Assembly: GCA_964461215.1 (NCBI GenBank)
Contig: CAYWTP010000005.1
Span: forward strand, 1 to 37,499
Length of the DNA: 37,499 nt
Direction of reading: 5' to 3'
Origin: an uncultured Ectothiorhodospiraceae bacterium
Lineage (GTDB): Bacteria > Pseudomonadota > Gammaproteobacteria > JAABTG01
In this document: positions 26,211 to 35,157 of the stretch, in pieces
Layout: each line of letters opens with the position of its first letter
How positions within the stretch are numbered: the stretch's first letter is position 1
Translations under genes and position numbers: made by a program
Notes under the pieces: generated by a model
Databases searched by the model: none
What the model was told of the DNA's origin: nothing
The model's input: only the letters and a program-made list of their open reading frames with translations

Positions 26211-27419
26211 ATGCGCACAATGACTATCCCCGCCGAGTATTCCACCAGGACCTTGACCCGCCGGCTGCCGGAGGAGGCCTTCGCCTGGGTCGACCGGCAC
26301 GCGCGTGCCCTGCCCACGGAGTCCATATCTTCCAACCGTGCCGCTGGAAGAGTTCTCGCCGAAGCGGTAGAGGCACCTGCCGACATACCCGGGCAGCCCC
26401 TGGCGGCCACCGACGGCTATGCCGTGCGCGCGGAGGACACGCAGGGCGCCGGTGACTACAGCCCACTGCCGCTGCGCCTCGCGGCCGGCGGCGCACCCGT
26501 GGCCGCCGGAGAGGCAGTGGCGGTGAGTGATGGGGATCCGCTCCCCGCGGGGGCCGACGCGGTCTTGCCCCTCGAGCATGGGGAGATCCTGGGCGCCGCC
26601 TTGGAGATCAGCAGCGGCGTCGCTCGTGGCCAGGGAGTGGTCCGGCCCGGGGACGAGGCATACGCAGGCGCGCTGCTGCTGCCCGCCGGGCACCACCTGC
26701 GCCCCCAGGATCTGGCACACCTGGCTATGGCCGGCGTGGCGACCATAAAAGTACACCGGCAGCCGTCGGTCCGGGTGGTCCTGGCGGGCCGCTTCGGGCA
26801 CGACACCGATGGGGCCATGCTCGGCGCCCTGGTGGCACGAGACGGCGGCGTCCTCGACCGCATCGAGACCGCGGCCGATCCGACCGCGCTGGCGGCATCC
26901 CTGACACCGGGCGGATCGGAGGTGATCCTGCTGGTGGGGGGCACCGGCCTGGGCCGGGACGATCACGCCGCCGCTGCCCTGGCGAGAGCCGGAGAATTGG
27001 CGTTCCATGGCCTGGCTCTGTACCCGGGGGACTCCGCCGGTCTGGGACGCGTGGGAGAAACCCTGGTGGTATTGCTCCCCGGCAGCCCCCTGCCCTGTCT
27101 GTGCGCGTACGACTTGGTTGCCGCCCGCGCCCTGCGCCGCCTGGGGCGGCTTCCCGGGCCCTGGCCATACCCCGCACGCAGCGCCGTCCTTACCCGTAAG
27201 ATCGCTTCGGATCTGGGCCGGCTGGAGCTATGCCGGGTCCGCCTGGTGGAGGGAGGCGTCGAGCCTGTGGCGGTGGCCGAAGGCCGGCTCCTGGCTACGG
27301 CAGTGCGCGCAGACGGCTTCGTGGTGGTCCCGGTACACAGCGAAGGCTATGCTGCCGGCACCACGGCGACGGTCTATCTGTATGATCCCGTCGATCAACG
27401 AGGAGCCCCGAATGGGTGA
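26211..27419 (+). CDS. moeA: Molybdopterin molybdo/tungstotransferase MoeA-like (divergent paralog)
   Basis: GRVLAE, ATDGYAVRAED, GADAV, GGTG.GRDD, LLPGSP and ADGFVVVP. Confidence 0.85.
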   Translation: MRTMTIPAEYSTRTLTRRLPEEAFAWVDRHARALPTESISSNRAAGRVLAEAVEAPADIPGQPLAATDGYAVRAEDTQGAGDYSPLPLRLAAGGAPVAAGEAVAVSDGDPLPAGADAVLPLEHGEILGAALEISSGVARGQGVVRPGDEAYAGALLLPAGHHLRPQDLAHLAMAGVATIKVHRQPSVRVVLAGRFGHDTDGAMLGALVARDGGVLDRIETAADPTALAASLTPGGSEVILLVGGTGLGRDDHAAAALARAGELAFHGLALYPGDSAGLGRVGETLVVLLPGSPLPCLCAYDLVAARALRRLGRLPGPWPYPARSAVLTRKIASDLGRLELCRVRLVEGGVEPVAVAEGRLLATAVRADGFVVVPVHSEGYAAGTTATVYLYDPVDQRGAPNG

Positions 27420-29370
27420 TGCAAGAAAGCTGGTCGAGCGGCGCGAGGCGGCGGTACAGCGCCAGTTCCTGGAGGTGGTCACGGCCCAGGAGGCAGCCCG
27501 GCGTTTCCGGGATGCCCTGCGTCCGGCACCCCTAGGCGTGGAGCGGGTACCGCTGGCCCAGGCCCTGAACCGGGTGGTCGCCGAGACGATTGCTGCAGCA
27601 GTCGACGTCCCGGGCTTCGACCGCGCCAACGTGGATGGCTTCGCAGTACGCGCCGAGGACACCACGGGGGCCAGCGAGAGCGCCCGGTGCGTGCTGGACC
27701 TCACTGATGAGGTGCTCACCCCCGGGGTACAGCCCGGCACTACCGTCACGCAGGGCCGCGCAACCGTGATCGCCACCGGCGGCATGGTTCCCAGAGGCGC
27801 CGATGCCGTGGTACTGGTGGAAGATACCGAGCTGCTGGAGATCGACGGAGCCCAGCGGGTACAGATCCGCCGCCCGGCGGCGGCGGGGGCCTTCATCACC
27901 TTTGCCGGCACCGACGTGGGCCGGGGAGAAACGGTGCTGCGCACCGGGCAGGTCCTGACTTCCCGCGAGATCGGCGTGCTGGCTGCGGTGGGGCTGGCGC
28001 AAGTCCCCGTCTATCGCCGTCCCCGCGTTGCCGTGTTCTCCACCGGTGACGAGATCGTTGCGCCGGGTCAACCCCTGCCCGCCGGTGGTGTCTACGATTC
28101 CAACGGCGCTATCGTCGCCGCGGCCCTCGAAGAGCTCGGCTGTGATCCGGTGCGCCTGGGCATCGCACCGGACCGGCGGGAAGCGCAGGCGGCGCTGCTG
28201 GCCCGGGCTCTGGAGTACGATGCGGTGATCCTGTCCGGCGGCACCTCGAAGGGCGCGGGGGATCTGTCCTACGAGGTGGTAAGCACGCTGTCAGATCCGG
28301 GCGTGGTGGTGCACGGTGTCGCCGTCAAGCCGGGCAAGCCCCTGTGCCTGGCGGTAACCGGCGGCAAGCCGGTGGTGATCCTGCCCGGGTTCCCGACCTC
28401 GGCCATCTTCACCTTCCACCAGTTCGTGGCACCCGCCCTGCGCGCCATGGCGGGACTGCCCGCCGAGACCCGAGAGAGCGTTACGGCACACGTGCCCATG
28501 CGCATAAGCTCCGAACGCGGACGCACCGAGTTCCTGATGGTGGGACTGATGCGCGGTGAGCAAGGCTACGCGGCATACCCCATGGGCAAGAGCTCGGGCG
28601 CGGTGACCGCCTTCAGCCATGCCGACGGCTTTATCTGCATCGACGCGCCGACCGAGCAGCTCACCCCGGGCAGCGAGGTCGGCGTGCAGCTCCTCTCCCG
28701 GCGTCTGGGCGCGGCCGATCTCGTCACCATCGGCTCCCACTGCCTGGGGTTGGACTACCTCCTGGGCCGCCTGCAGCGTGAAGGGCTGTCGACCAAGTCA
28801 TTGCACGTGGGCAGCCAGGGCGGATTGGCGGCGGCGCGGCGCGGCGAGTGCGATATCGCCGGTATTCATCTGATGGACCCGGAGAGCGGCGAGTACAATC
28901 GGCCCTTCCTCTCCCCCGAGATGGCACTGATAGCCGGCTACGGACGTCTGCAAGGTGTGGTATTCCGCACCGGCGACCCGCGCTTTGCCAGCGCCGACAA
29001 CCCCGCTGCCGCCGTGGCCGCAGCCCTGGCCGACGAGCGCTGCGCGATGGTCAATCGCAATGCCGGCAGCGGCACCCGCATTCTCATCGACGGGCTGCTG
29101 GGCGGCGCCCGCCCTGCCGGCTATGCGGTGCAGACCAAATCGCACAACGCCGTCGCCACCGCCGTGGCGCAGGGACGCGCCGACTGGGGCGTGGCCATCG
29201 ATACGGTGGCGCGCCTGTATGGTCTGGGCTTCATCGCCCTGAAGGAGGAGCGCTACGACTTCGCCGTGCCCGGATCACGCCTCGAACGCACCCCGGTACA
29301 GCGCTTCATCGCCCTGCTACAGGAGCCCGAAACCCGCGACGCCCTGCACGCCTTGGGCTTTCGCCACTGA
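27412..29370 (+). CDS. moeA: MoeA fused to C-terminal periplasmic-binding-protein-like (oxyanion-binding) domain
   Basis: ATG 27412 after GAGGAG. VPGFDRANVDGFAV, STGDEI, SGGTSKG and HGVAVKPGKP; C-terminal GSHC, GSQGGL and VNRNAGSGTR. Confidence 0.92.
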   Translation: MGDARKLVERREAAVQRQFLEVVTAQEAARRFRDALRPAPLGVERVPLAQALNRVVAETIAAAVDVPGFDRANVDGFAVRAEDTTGASESARCVLDLTDEVLTPGVQPGTTVTQGRATVIATGGMVPRGADAVVLVEDTELLEIDGAQRVQIRRPAAAGAFITFAGTDVGRGETVLRTGQVLTSREIGVLAAVGLAQVPVYRRPRVAVFSTGDEIVAPGQPLPAGGVYDSNGAIVAAALEELGCDPVRLGIAPDRREAQAALLARALEYDAVILSGGTSKGAGDLSYEVVSTLSDPGVVVHGVAVKPGKPLCLAVTGGKPVVILPGFPTSAIFTFHQFVAPALRAMAGLPAETRESVTAHVPMRISSERGRTEFLMVGLMRGEQGYAAYPMGKSSGAVTAFSHADGFICIDAPTEQLTPGSEVGVQLLSRRLGAADLVTIGSHCLGLDYLLGRLQREGLSTKSLHVGSQGGLAAARRGECDIAGIHLMDPESGEYNRPFLSPEMALIAGYGRLQGVVFRTGDPRFASADNPAAAVAAALADERCAMVNRNAGSGTRILIDGLLGGARPAGYAVQTKSHNAVATAVAQGRADWGVAIDTVARLYGLGFIALKEERYDFAVPGSRLERTPVQRFIALLQEPETRDALHALGFRH

Positions 29371-29630
29371 CGCAAGCCCCTGCGGCAGGGCGTTGACCGT
29401 AGGCGCGGCCGCCGGCAGGTCCGACCGGAACACTGGATTGGCACGTCCCGGGGTACCTCGGCGGTTCCACCTCGTCACATTCAGCCTCCAGCCCAAGACC
29501 TCGGTCACCGTCCCGTGGCGCCATCCTGTTTTGCCTGCTATATGTTTCTTTTCCGGCATTGCTGAAATTAATGCATGTAGACGTGGTCAAACGCGGTTAT
29601 TCGCGACAGGCAGCAAGCGACAGGTGGAGC

Positions 29631-30338
29631 ATGCAGGACTTCGGAGCCTCTTTCGGACTGGCCTTCCAGCTCATCGCGTCGGGCGATGATGCACTCTCCG
29701 AGATCGTCGCCCTCTCGCTGCGGGTGAGCCTGACGGCAGTCGCCATCGCCTGCGTGCTGGGACTACCCCTCGGTGCCATGCTGGGAGTCGTGCGTTTTCG
29801 CGGGCGCTCCGCAGTCGTGATTCTGCTGAACTCATTGATGGGTCTGCCACCGGTGGTTGTGGGCCTGCTTATCTACCTGGCCTTGTCGCATGCCGGCCCC
29901 CTGGGTCCTCTGGGGCTGCTCTATACCCCTACCGCCATGATGATCGCCCAGGCCGTGCTGGTGACGCCGATCCTGGCAGCCCTGACCCGCCAGGTGGTGG
30001 AAGATCTGCACCGAGAGTATGACGAGCAGCTGCGTTCCCTGGGCGTGGGGCGCCTGGAGACCGTCTGGACCCTGCTGTGGGATGCGCGCTACAGCCTCCT
30101 GACGGTAGCCCTGGCAGGCTTCGGACGGGCCATCGCCGAAGTGGGGGCCGTGATCATCGTCGGCGGCAACATCAATCACGTGACCCGGGTCATGACCACC
30201 GCCATCGCGCTGGAGACCTCCAAGGGCGACCTGGCCCTGGCATTGGCGCTGGGGATCATCCTGGTCAGTCTCGCCATCGCCGTAAACGCGGCGGTGATGG
30301 TATTGGGCGGGACTTCCGGGAGAATGAGCCATGCATGA
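29631..30338 (+). CDS. tupB: Tungstate ABC transporter permease
   Basis: LMGLPPVVVGL, GFGRAIAEVGA...VGGNI...TRVMTTAIALETSKGD. Confidence 0.9.
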   Translation: MQDFGASFGLAFQLIASGDDALSEIVALSLRVSLTAVAIACVLGLPLGAMLGVVRFRGRSAVVILLNSLMGLPPVVVGLLIYLALSHAGPLGPLGLLYTPTAMMIAQAVLVTPILAALTRQVVEDLHREYDEQLRSLGVGRLETVWTLLWDARYSLLTVALAGFGRAIAEVGAVIIVGGNINHVTRVMTTAIALETSKGDLALALALGIILVSLAIAVNAAVMVLGGTSGRMSHA

Positions 30339-31092
30339 TGCCACCATCGCCTTCGAAGGGGCTCTGGACCTGGTTGGCGCAACACCGTCGGTCCTACCCT
30401 TGGAGACTCGCGGACTGGTGTTCGAGCACCGGGGGCAGCGCTTGATCGACGGCATCGATCTGTACCTGGCTCGTGGCCCGCGCACGGTGCTCATGGGCCC
30501 CAACGGCGCCGGCAAGAGCTTGCTGCTCAGGCTCCTGCACGGGCTGCTCCGTCCCACCTCCGGCAGCATATGCTGGGCCGGCGGGTCCGGGGCGGCCCGC
30601 CGCCAGGCCATGGTGTTCCAGCGACCCGTCTTGCTGCGCCGCTCCACCGCCGCCAACGTGGCCTACGCCCTGCGGGTGCATAGGGTGAGCGCGGGAGAGC
30701 GTAAGTCCCGCCTCGCGGCAGTGCTCAACGCGGCCGGTCTCGGGCATCTGTCACACCGGCCGGCGCGGGTACTGTCGGGCGGAGAGCAGCAGCGGGTGGC
30801 TCTGGCCCGAGCCTTGGCAACCCAGCCGGAGGTGCTGTTCCTGGACGAGCCCACGAGCAATCTGGACCCGGCCTCCACCCAGGCCATCGAGGAGCTGATC
30901 CTGCAGGCCCACCGGGACGGCACCAAGATCGTGCTGGTCACTCACGACGTGGGACAGGCCCGGCGCATGGCCGACGAGGTGGTGTTCGTCCATCACGGTA
31001 AGGTGACCGAGCACACCCCCGCTCCACGTTTCTTCGAGTCACCGTTGTCCGAGCAGGCACGAGCCTACCTGGAGGGGCGGATCCTGTTGTGA
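30331..31092 (+). CDS. tupC: Tungstate ABC transporter ATPase
   Basis: GPNGAGKS, LSGGEQQR and LDEPT; lies between tupB and tupA. Confidence 0.88.
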   Translation: MHDATIAFEGALDLVGATPSVLPLETRGLVFEHRGQRLIDGIDLYLARGPRTVLMGPNGAGKSLLLRLLHGLLRPTSGSICWAGGSGAARRQAMVFQRPVLLRRSTAANVAYALRVHRVSAGERKSRLAAVLNAAGLGHLSHRPARVLSGGEQQRVALARALATQPEVLFLDEPTSNLDPASTQAIEELILQAHRDGTKIVLVTHDVGQARRMADEVVFVHHGKVTEHTPAPRFFESPLSEQARAYLEGRILL

Positions 31093-31128
31093 CCATGACC
31101 ATATGTCCCACGAGCTGGAGGAGTCACC

Positions 31129-31956
31129 ATGCTGCGTCGCACCCTAATGAAGCTGCTGTTCACGGCCCTGCTGGGGCTCGGACTAACGTACGGGGCTGCC
31201 GCGGATACCCCGTTTATCGTGGTCCAATCCACCACTTCCACCCAGAACTCGGGACTGCTCGACTATATCCTGCCTATGTTCAAGGCCAAGACCGGAATCG
31301 AGGTCAGGGTAGTCGCGGTCGGCACCGGCCAAGCCCTGAAGAATGCCAAGAACGGCGACGGCGACGTGCTGCTGGTCCACGCCAAGCCTGCCGAGGAGAA
31401 GTTCGTGGCCGAGGGCTGGGGCGTGAAGCGCTATGACGTGATGTACAACGATTTCATCATCGTCGGCCCCACAAGCGACCCGGCCGGCGTCGCGGGCATG
31501 AAGGACGCCACGGCTGCACTGAGAAAGATCGCCGCAGCCAAGGCACCGTTTGCCTCCCGCGCCGATGACAGCGGCACCGACAAGAAGGAGAAGGCCCTGT
31601 GGAAGCTGGCCGGCATCGACCCCAGCAACGCAAGTGGCACCTGGTACCGGGAGACTGGCTCCGGCATGGGCGCCACGCTGAATACCGGCGTCGGCATGGG
31701 AGCATACGTGCTCACCGACCGGGCCACCTGGATCAGCTTCAAGAACAAGGGAAACTTCGAGGTCCTGGTGCAAGGAGACCCCAGGCTCTTCAACCAGTAC
31801 GGCGTGATGCTGGTCAATCCTGCGAGGCACCCCAGCGTCAAAGCCGACCTGGGACGCAAGTTCATCGACTGGCTGCTCAGTCCCGAAGGGCAGGCCGCCA
31901 TCGCCAGCTACAAGCTGGACGGCCAGCAGCTCTTCTTCCCCAACGCCAAGAGCTGA
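31129..31956 (+). CDS. tupA: Tungstate-binding periplasmic protein
   Basis: Signal peptide; STTSTQNSGL, VGTGQAL, VMYNDF, SR.DDSGT, GMGATL, TDRATW and NQYGV. Confidence 0.92.
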   Translation: MLRRTLMKLLFTALLGLGLTYGAAADTPFIVVQSTTSTQNSGLLDYILPMFKAKTGIEVRVVAVGTGQALKNAKNGDGDVLLVHAKPAEEKFVAEGWGVKRYDVMYNDFIIVGPTSDPAGVAGMKDATAALRKIAAAKAPFASRADDSGTDKKEKALWKLAGIDPSNASGTWYRETGSGMGATLNTGVGMGAYVLTDRATWISFKNKGNFEVLVQGDPRLFNQYGVMLVNPARHPSVKADLGRKFIDWLLSPEGQAAIASYKLDGQQLFFPNAKS

Positions 31957-32135
31957 GGTCGCAGCAGATCGCCGGGGCACTGTTGCGCCCCGGCACTGCA
32001 ATGAACCCTGGCCGATGGCCCTGCGCAGGCCAGTGAGTGTCTACGCCCGGATGGCGCGGGCCGGGCTCACAAGCGCGGCAGGGTAAGCAGCGGGACAGGC
32101 GCCGCGAATCACGGTTCCGGCGCACAGTCCGCTTG

Positions 32136-32348
32136 CTAGTGCTCCACGCCAATCATGACGTCCGATGCCTTGATCACGGCGTAGACCTCCTTGCCCACCT
32201 CAATGCCGAGCTCTTCCACAGAGGTCACGGTGATGGTGGAGGTGACCCGGTTGCCGCCGCCGATGTCCACCTCCACCTGGGCCGCCACGGCACCCTTCTT
32301 CACGTGGACCACTTTGCCCTTGAGTCGATTACGAGCGCTGATATTCAT
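32136..32348 (-). CDS. mop: Molbindin/Mop (TOBE domain) protein
   Basis: MNISARNRLKGKV...ITVTSVEELG...AVIKASDV; AAGGAGG RBS. Confidence 0.92.
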   Translation of the reverse strand: MNISARNRLKGKVVHVKKGAVAAQVEVDIGGGNRVTSTITVTSVEELGIEVGKEVYAVIKASDVMIGVEH

Positions 32349-32439
32349 GAATCGAGCCTCCTTCTTTGACGGGTTTCAACGATTGCCGGCGGCGGCACCC
32401 GCTTACGCATTTGTGATTCGGCCAAAGCTCCGGGGAGCC

Positions 32440-32653
32440 GGCCTGACCGGCACGAGCCTCCGGGACACGCCGTAGATACATCCATGCAGGCCAGACGGCC
32501 GCCCTGCTGTGCCACGCTATCCTGCGTGGCGGGCAGGTCCCGGGCGGTCCATCCGTGGACTGCCCGTTCGGCGGCGCCGCTGTTCACTGGACAGCGGCCT
32601 TTACCGCCTCACCCCTGCGGCCGACGGTCCCTCCGCCTCGTGCCGGTCAGGCC
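32440..32653 (+). repeat. 214-bp multi-hairpin element bounded by a perfect 17-bp inverted repeat (MITE-like or structured RNA)
   Basis: GGCCTGACCGGCACGAG (32440-32456) and CTCGTGCCGGTCAGGCC (32637-32653); internal hairpins at 32511-32530, 32541-32566 and 32576-32598. Confidence 0.7.
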
Positions 32654-32675
32654 TTAACCGAACACCGATGCCCGC

Positions 32676-33581
32676 TTATGGGCCGTTGTAGTGTACCGTA
32701 CCGAATCCTCCCAGATCATACCCACCCAGATCGGCCGCCCTATCGCGAAAGGCCTCGCCGTGACAGAAGGCCAGCAGCCTCTGCATCGGCGGCTCGAAGT
32801 AAGCGCGCCGCCACACCAGGAGATCGAAGCGTTCCCGGATCACCGGCACGAAGTCAAGGCGCAGCTGGCGCGCCACCGCCAGCAGGCCGAAGCCGGCATC
32901 TGCCTTGCCGGCCGCCACGACCAGACCTACGTCGGCCTCGCTGCGAGCCGGGGGATCGAGCACCGAGAGGGCGGACGGCTCTATTCCTTCACGGGCCAAC
33001 AGCAGCGCCATGAGCACCTGGGTACCGGCCGCTCCCTGGCGAGGGACCACCCGCAGCCCTTTCAAATCGCGGAGCCCGTTCACCATGTGGGGATTGCCGG
33101 GTGCAACGATCAGGCCCCGCTCCCGCCATGCCCATTCCAGCAGAACTACAGGGTCCTCACCCAGCAGCCGCAGCACGTGCGCCCGATTCCAGGTGTCTTC
33201 CTCCGGCTCGTACAGATGCAGGCTGGCCACACCCGCTTCCCGGCGGTGCATGCGCTCCAGACCGTCCAGACTGCCATCCAGAAACGAGGCAATCCCGCTG
33301 CGGGACTCCCGCAGCGCCCAGTCCAGCAGGGGATCATGGCTGCCCACCAGAATGTCGGGACGGGGCGTATTGCGCGTACGCGCCCTCGGCTCTTCACTCT
33401 GGGCGCTCAGCCACAGGTCGATCTCGGCTCGGGGAAACAGAAGCCTGCCGGTCAGACGGCGACAAGGGATTTCCCCTGAGGCCGCTAGGTCGTAGACCTT
33501 GCGCTCCTTCACCCGCAGCAGCGCGGCCACCTCGCGGGTGGTGAGAAAGTCGGGACACTCGGGCGCAGAAGATGAGCTCAT
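32676..33581 (-). CDS. Excisionase-like HTH plus PBP-domain transcriptional regulator (Mo/W-associated)
   Basis: FLTTREVAALLRVKERKVYDL...LLFPR..ID.WL; GSHDPLL, GSLDGL, ADAGFG and ERFDL. Confidence 0.88.
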   Translation of the reverse strand: MSSSSAPECPDFLTTREVAALLRVKERKVYDLAASGEIPCRRLTGRLLFPRAEIDLWLSAQSEEPRARTRNTPRPDILVGSHDPLLDWALRESRSGIASFLDGSLDGLERMHRREAGVASLHLYEPEEDTWNRAHVLRLLGEDPVVLLEWAWRERGLIVAPGNPHMVNGLRDLKGLRVVPRQGAAGTQVLMALLLAREGIEPSALSVLDPPARSEADVGLVVAAGKADAGFGLLAVARQLRLDFVPVIRERFDLLVWRRAYFEPPMQRLLAFCHGEAFRDRAADLGGYDLGGFGTVHYNGP

Positions 33582-33714
33582 GGGAGGCTGAGCAACGGTT
33601 TCGTATCCCTGAAAACTATAACGGATCCCACCGGCGTTCGCGTGCGGGCGTGCGCGCGGTTTCCAGATATCTTACATTGGGCGCTGAACATTCCCGATAC
33701 CTGATCTTCGCCTG

Positions 33715-35061
33715 ATGCTCTCCCTACACGCGCGCCTTCTGGCTGCCGCAACCCTGGTCCTGGCGGGCTTCCTGGGCCTGACGGGTCTGGCACTGGACCG
33801 GGCCTTCAGGCAAGGTGCCCTCGTGGCCGAGCAGGACAGGCTGCAGACCCAGATCTACATGCTCCTGGGAGCGGCGGATCTGGACCGTCACGGTGCCCTG
33901 GTCCTTCCCAAAGCACTGCCTGAGCCCAGGCTATCATCCCCCGGCTCCGGACTGTACGCGGCAGTAACGGATGCGGCTAGCACGGTGGTGTGGCGCTCAG
34001 CCTCGATGCTGGGACAGAGCTTCCGCCTACCTCCGGCACCGAAGCTGGGTGTACCTTACTTCCAGGAAATCACTGACGCCAGGGGTCAAGCCCTGTTTAC
34101 GTTGGCGTTCCGAGTAAGTTGGGAGACGCGTCCAGATACGGTACAGGACTACATTTTCGAGGTCGCGGAGTCCGAGGCCGGCTATGAGCGCCAGGTTTTC
34201 GGGTTCAGACGCAGCCTGTGGGGCTGGCTCGCCGCCGCGACGCTGATCCTGCTGGCGGTGCAAGGGGTCATCCTACGCTGGGGCCTCGCGCCCCTGCGTC
34301 GCGTCGCGGACGAGCTGCTGGAGGTGGAAAACGGACGCCGGGGTGAGCTCAGCGGCCCCTATCCCCGGGAGCTGGCGGGATTGACGCAAAATCTCAACGC
34401 GCTAATCCACCACAGCCGCAGCCATCTGCAGCGCTACCGGAACGCCCTGGCCGACCTGGCCCATAGTCTCAAGACGCCGCTGGCAGTGGTGCGGGCGGAC
34501 CTGGATTCGGGCTCCGACAGGCGGCTGCGCGAAGCCATAAGCGAGCAGCTCGGGAGCATGGAGCGCACCATAGAGTACCAGCTCCAGCGGGCAGCCGCCT
34601 CGGGCCGTACCGCGATGACTACGCCGGTGCCGCTGGCGCGTCTGACCCGCCGGGTACTCGACGCCCTCGCCAAGGTCTACGCGGAGCGGCGGCTGCAACT
34701 GGAGGCCGACGTGGCCGATTCCCTGATGTTCCATGGCGACGAGAGCGACCTGATGGAGATCCTGGGAAACCTCGCCGACAACGCTTGTAAATGGGCGAAG
34801 CGCCGCGTGCAGGTACGGGCCAGCGTGCCCCAGCCCGGAGTCCTGCTGCTGGAAGTACAGGACGACGGTCCGGGGATCCCCGGGGCCGCCGCAAAAGACC
34901 TGCTGGAACGGGGAGTCAGGGCCGACGCGCAGACCCCGGGACACGGAATCGGCCTGGCCGTAGTGCGCGAGCTCGTGGAGGAGGCATACCACGGACGCCT
35001 GCGGCTCGACACGGCACCCACGGGCGGGCTGGTAGCAAGCGTGGAGATCCCCGGAGGCTGA
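33715..35061 (+). CDS. PhoQ/CarS-like sensor histidine kinase
   Basis: SL..RLL, PEPR...PGSGLYA, HAMP (WGLAPLRR...YPREL..L..NLN), LADLAHSLKTPL, GNL.DNACKW and GHGIGL. Confidence 0.92.
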   Translation: MLSLHARLLAAATLVLAGFLGLTGLALDRAFRQGALVAEQDRLQTQIYMLLGAADLDRHGALVLPKALPEPRLSSPGSGLYAAVTDAASTVVWRSASMLGQSFRLPPAPKLGVPYFQEITDARGQALFTLAFRVSWETRPDTVQDYIFEVAESEAGYERQVFGFRRSLWGWLAAATLILLAVQGVILRWGLAPLRRVADELLEVENGRRGELSGPYPRELAGLTQNLNALIHHSRSHLQRYRNALADLAHSLKTPLAVVRADLDSGSDRRLREAISEQLGSMERTIEYQLQRAAASGRTAMTTPVPLARLTRRVLDALAKVYAERRLQLEADVADSLMFHGDESDLMEILGNLADNACKWAKRRVQVRASVPQPGVLLLEVQDDGPGIPGAAAKDLLERGVRADAQTPGHGIGLAVVRELVEEAYHGRLRLDTAPTGGLVASVEIPGG

Positions 35062-35157
35062 GTCCGCGCGGCCGGTGGCCCCGGACGTGGCCTGCCGCGA
35101 TCCATGCGATTAGACTTCGGCCATTCGGCTACATCCTTTGAAAAAGGACGGAATACG

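Noticed and set aside
27007-27411. 135-aa N-terminal extension of the MoeA-PBP ORF
   Set aside because: It overlaps the upstream moeA; a strong RBS supports ATG 27412.
32349-32675. Moco/Wco riboswitch upstream of mop
   Set aside because: I could not find the Moco-motif features on the sense (minus) strand, and the wobble pairs favour the plus strand. An Infernal search would settle it.
33680-33717. TGATG stop-start overlap suggesting a response-regulator remnant before the kinase
   Set aside because: The upstream frame (EHSRYLIFA*) does not match the OmpR-type C-terminus T.RG.GY.
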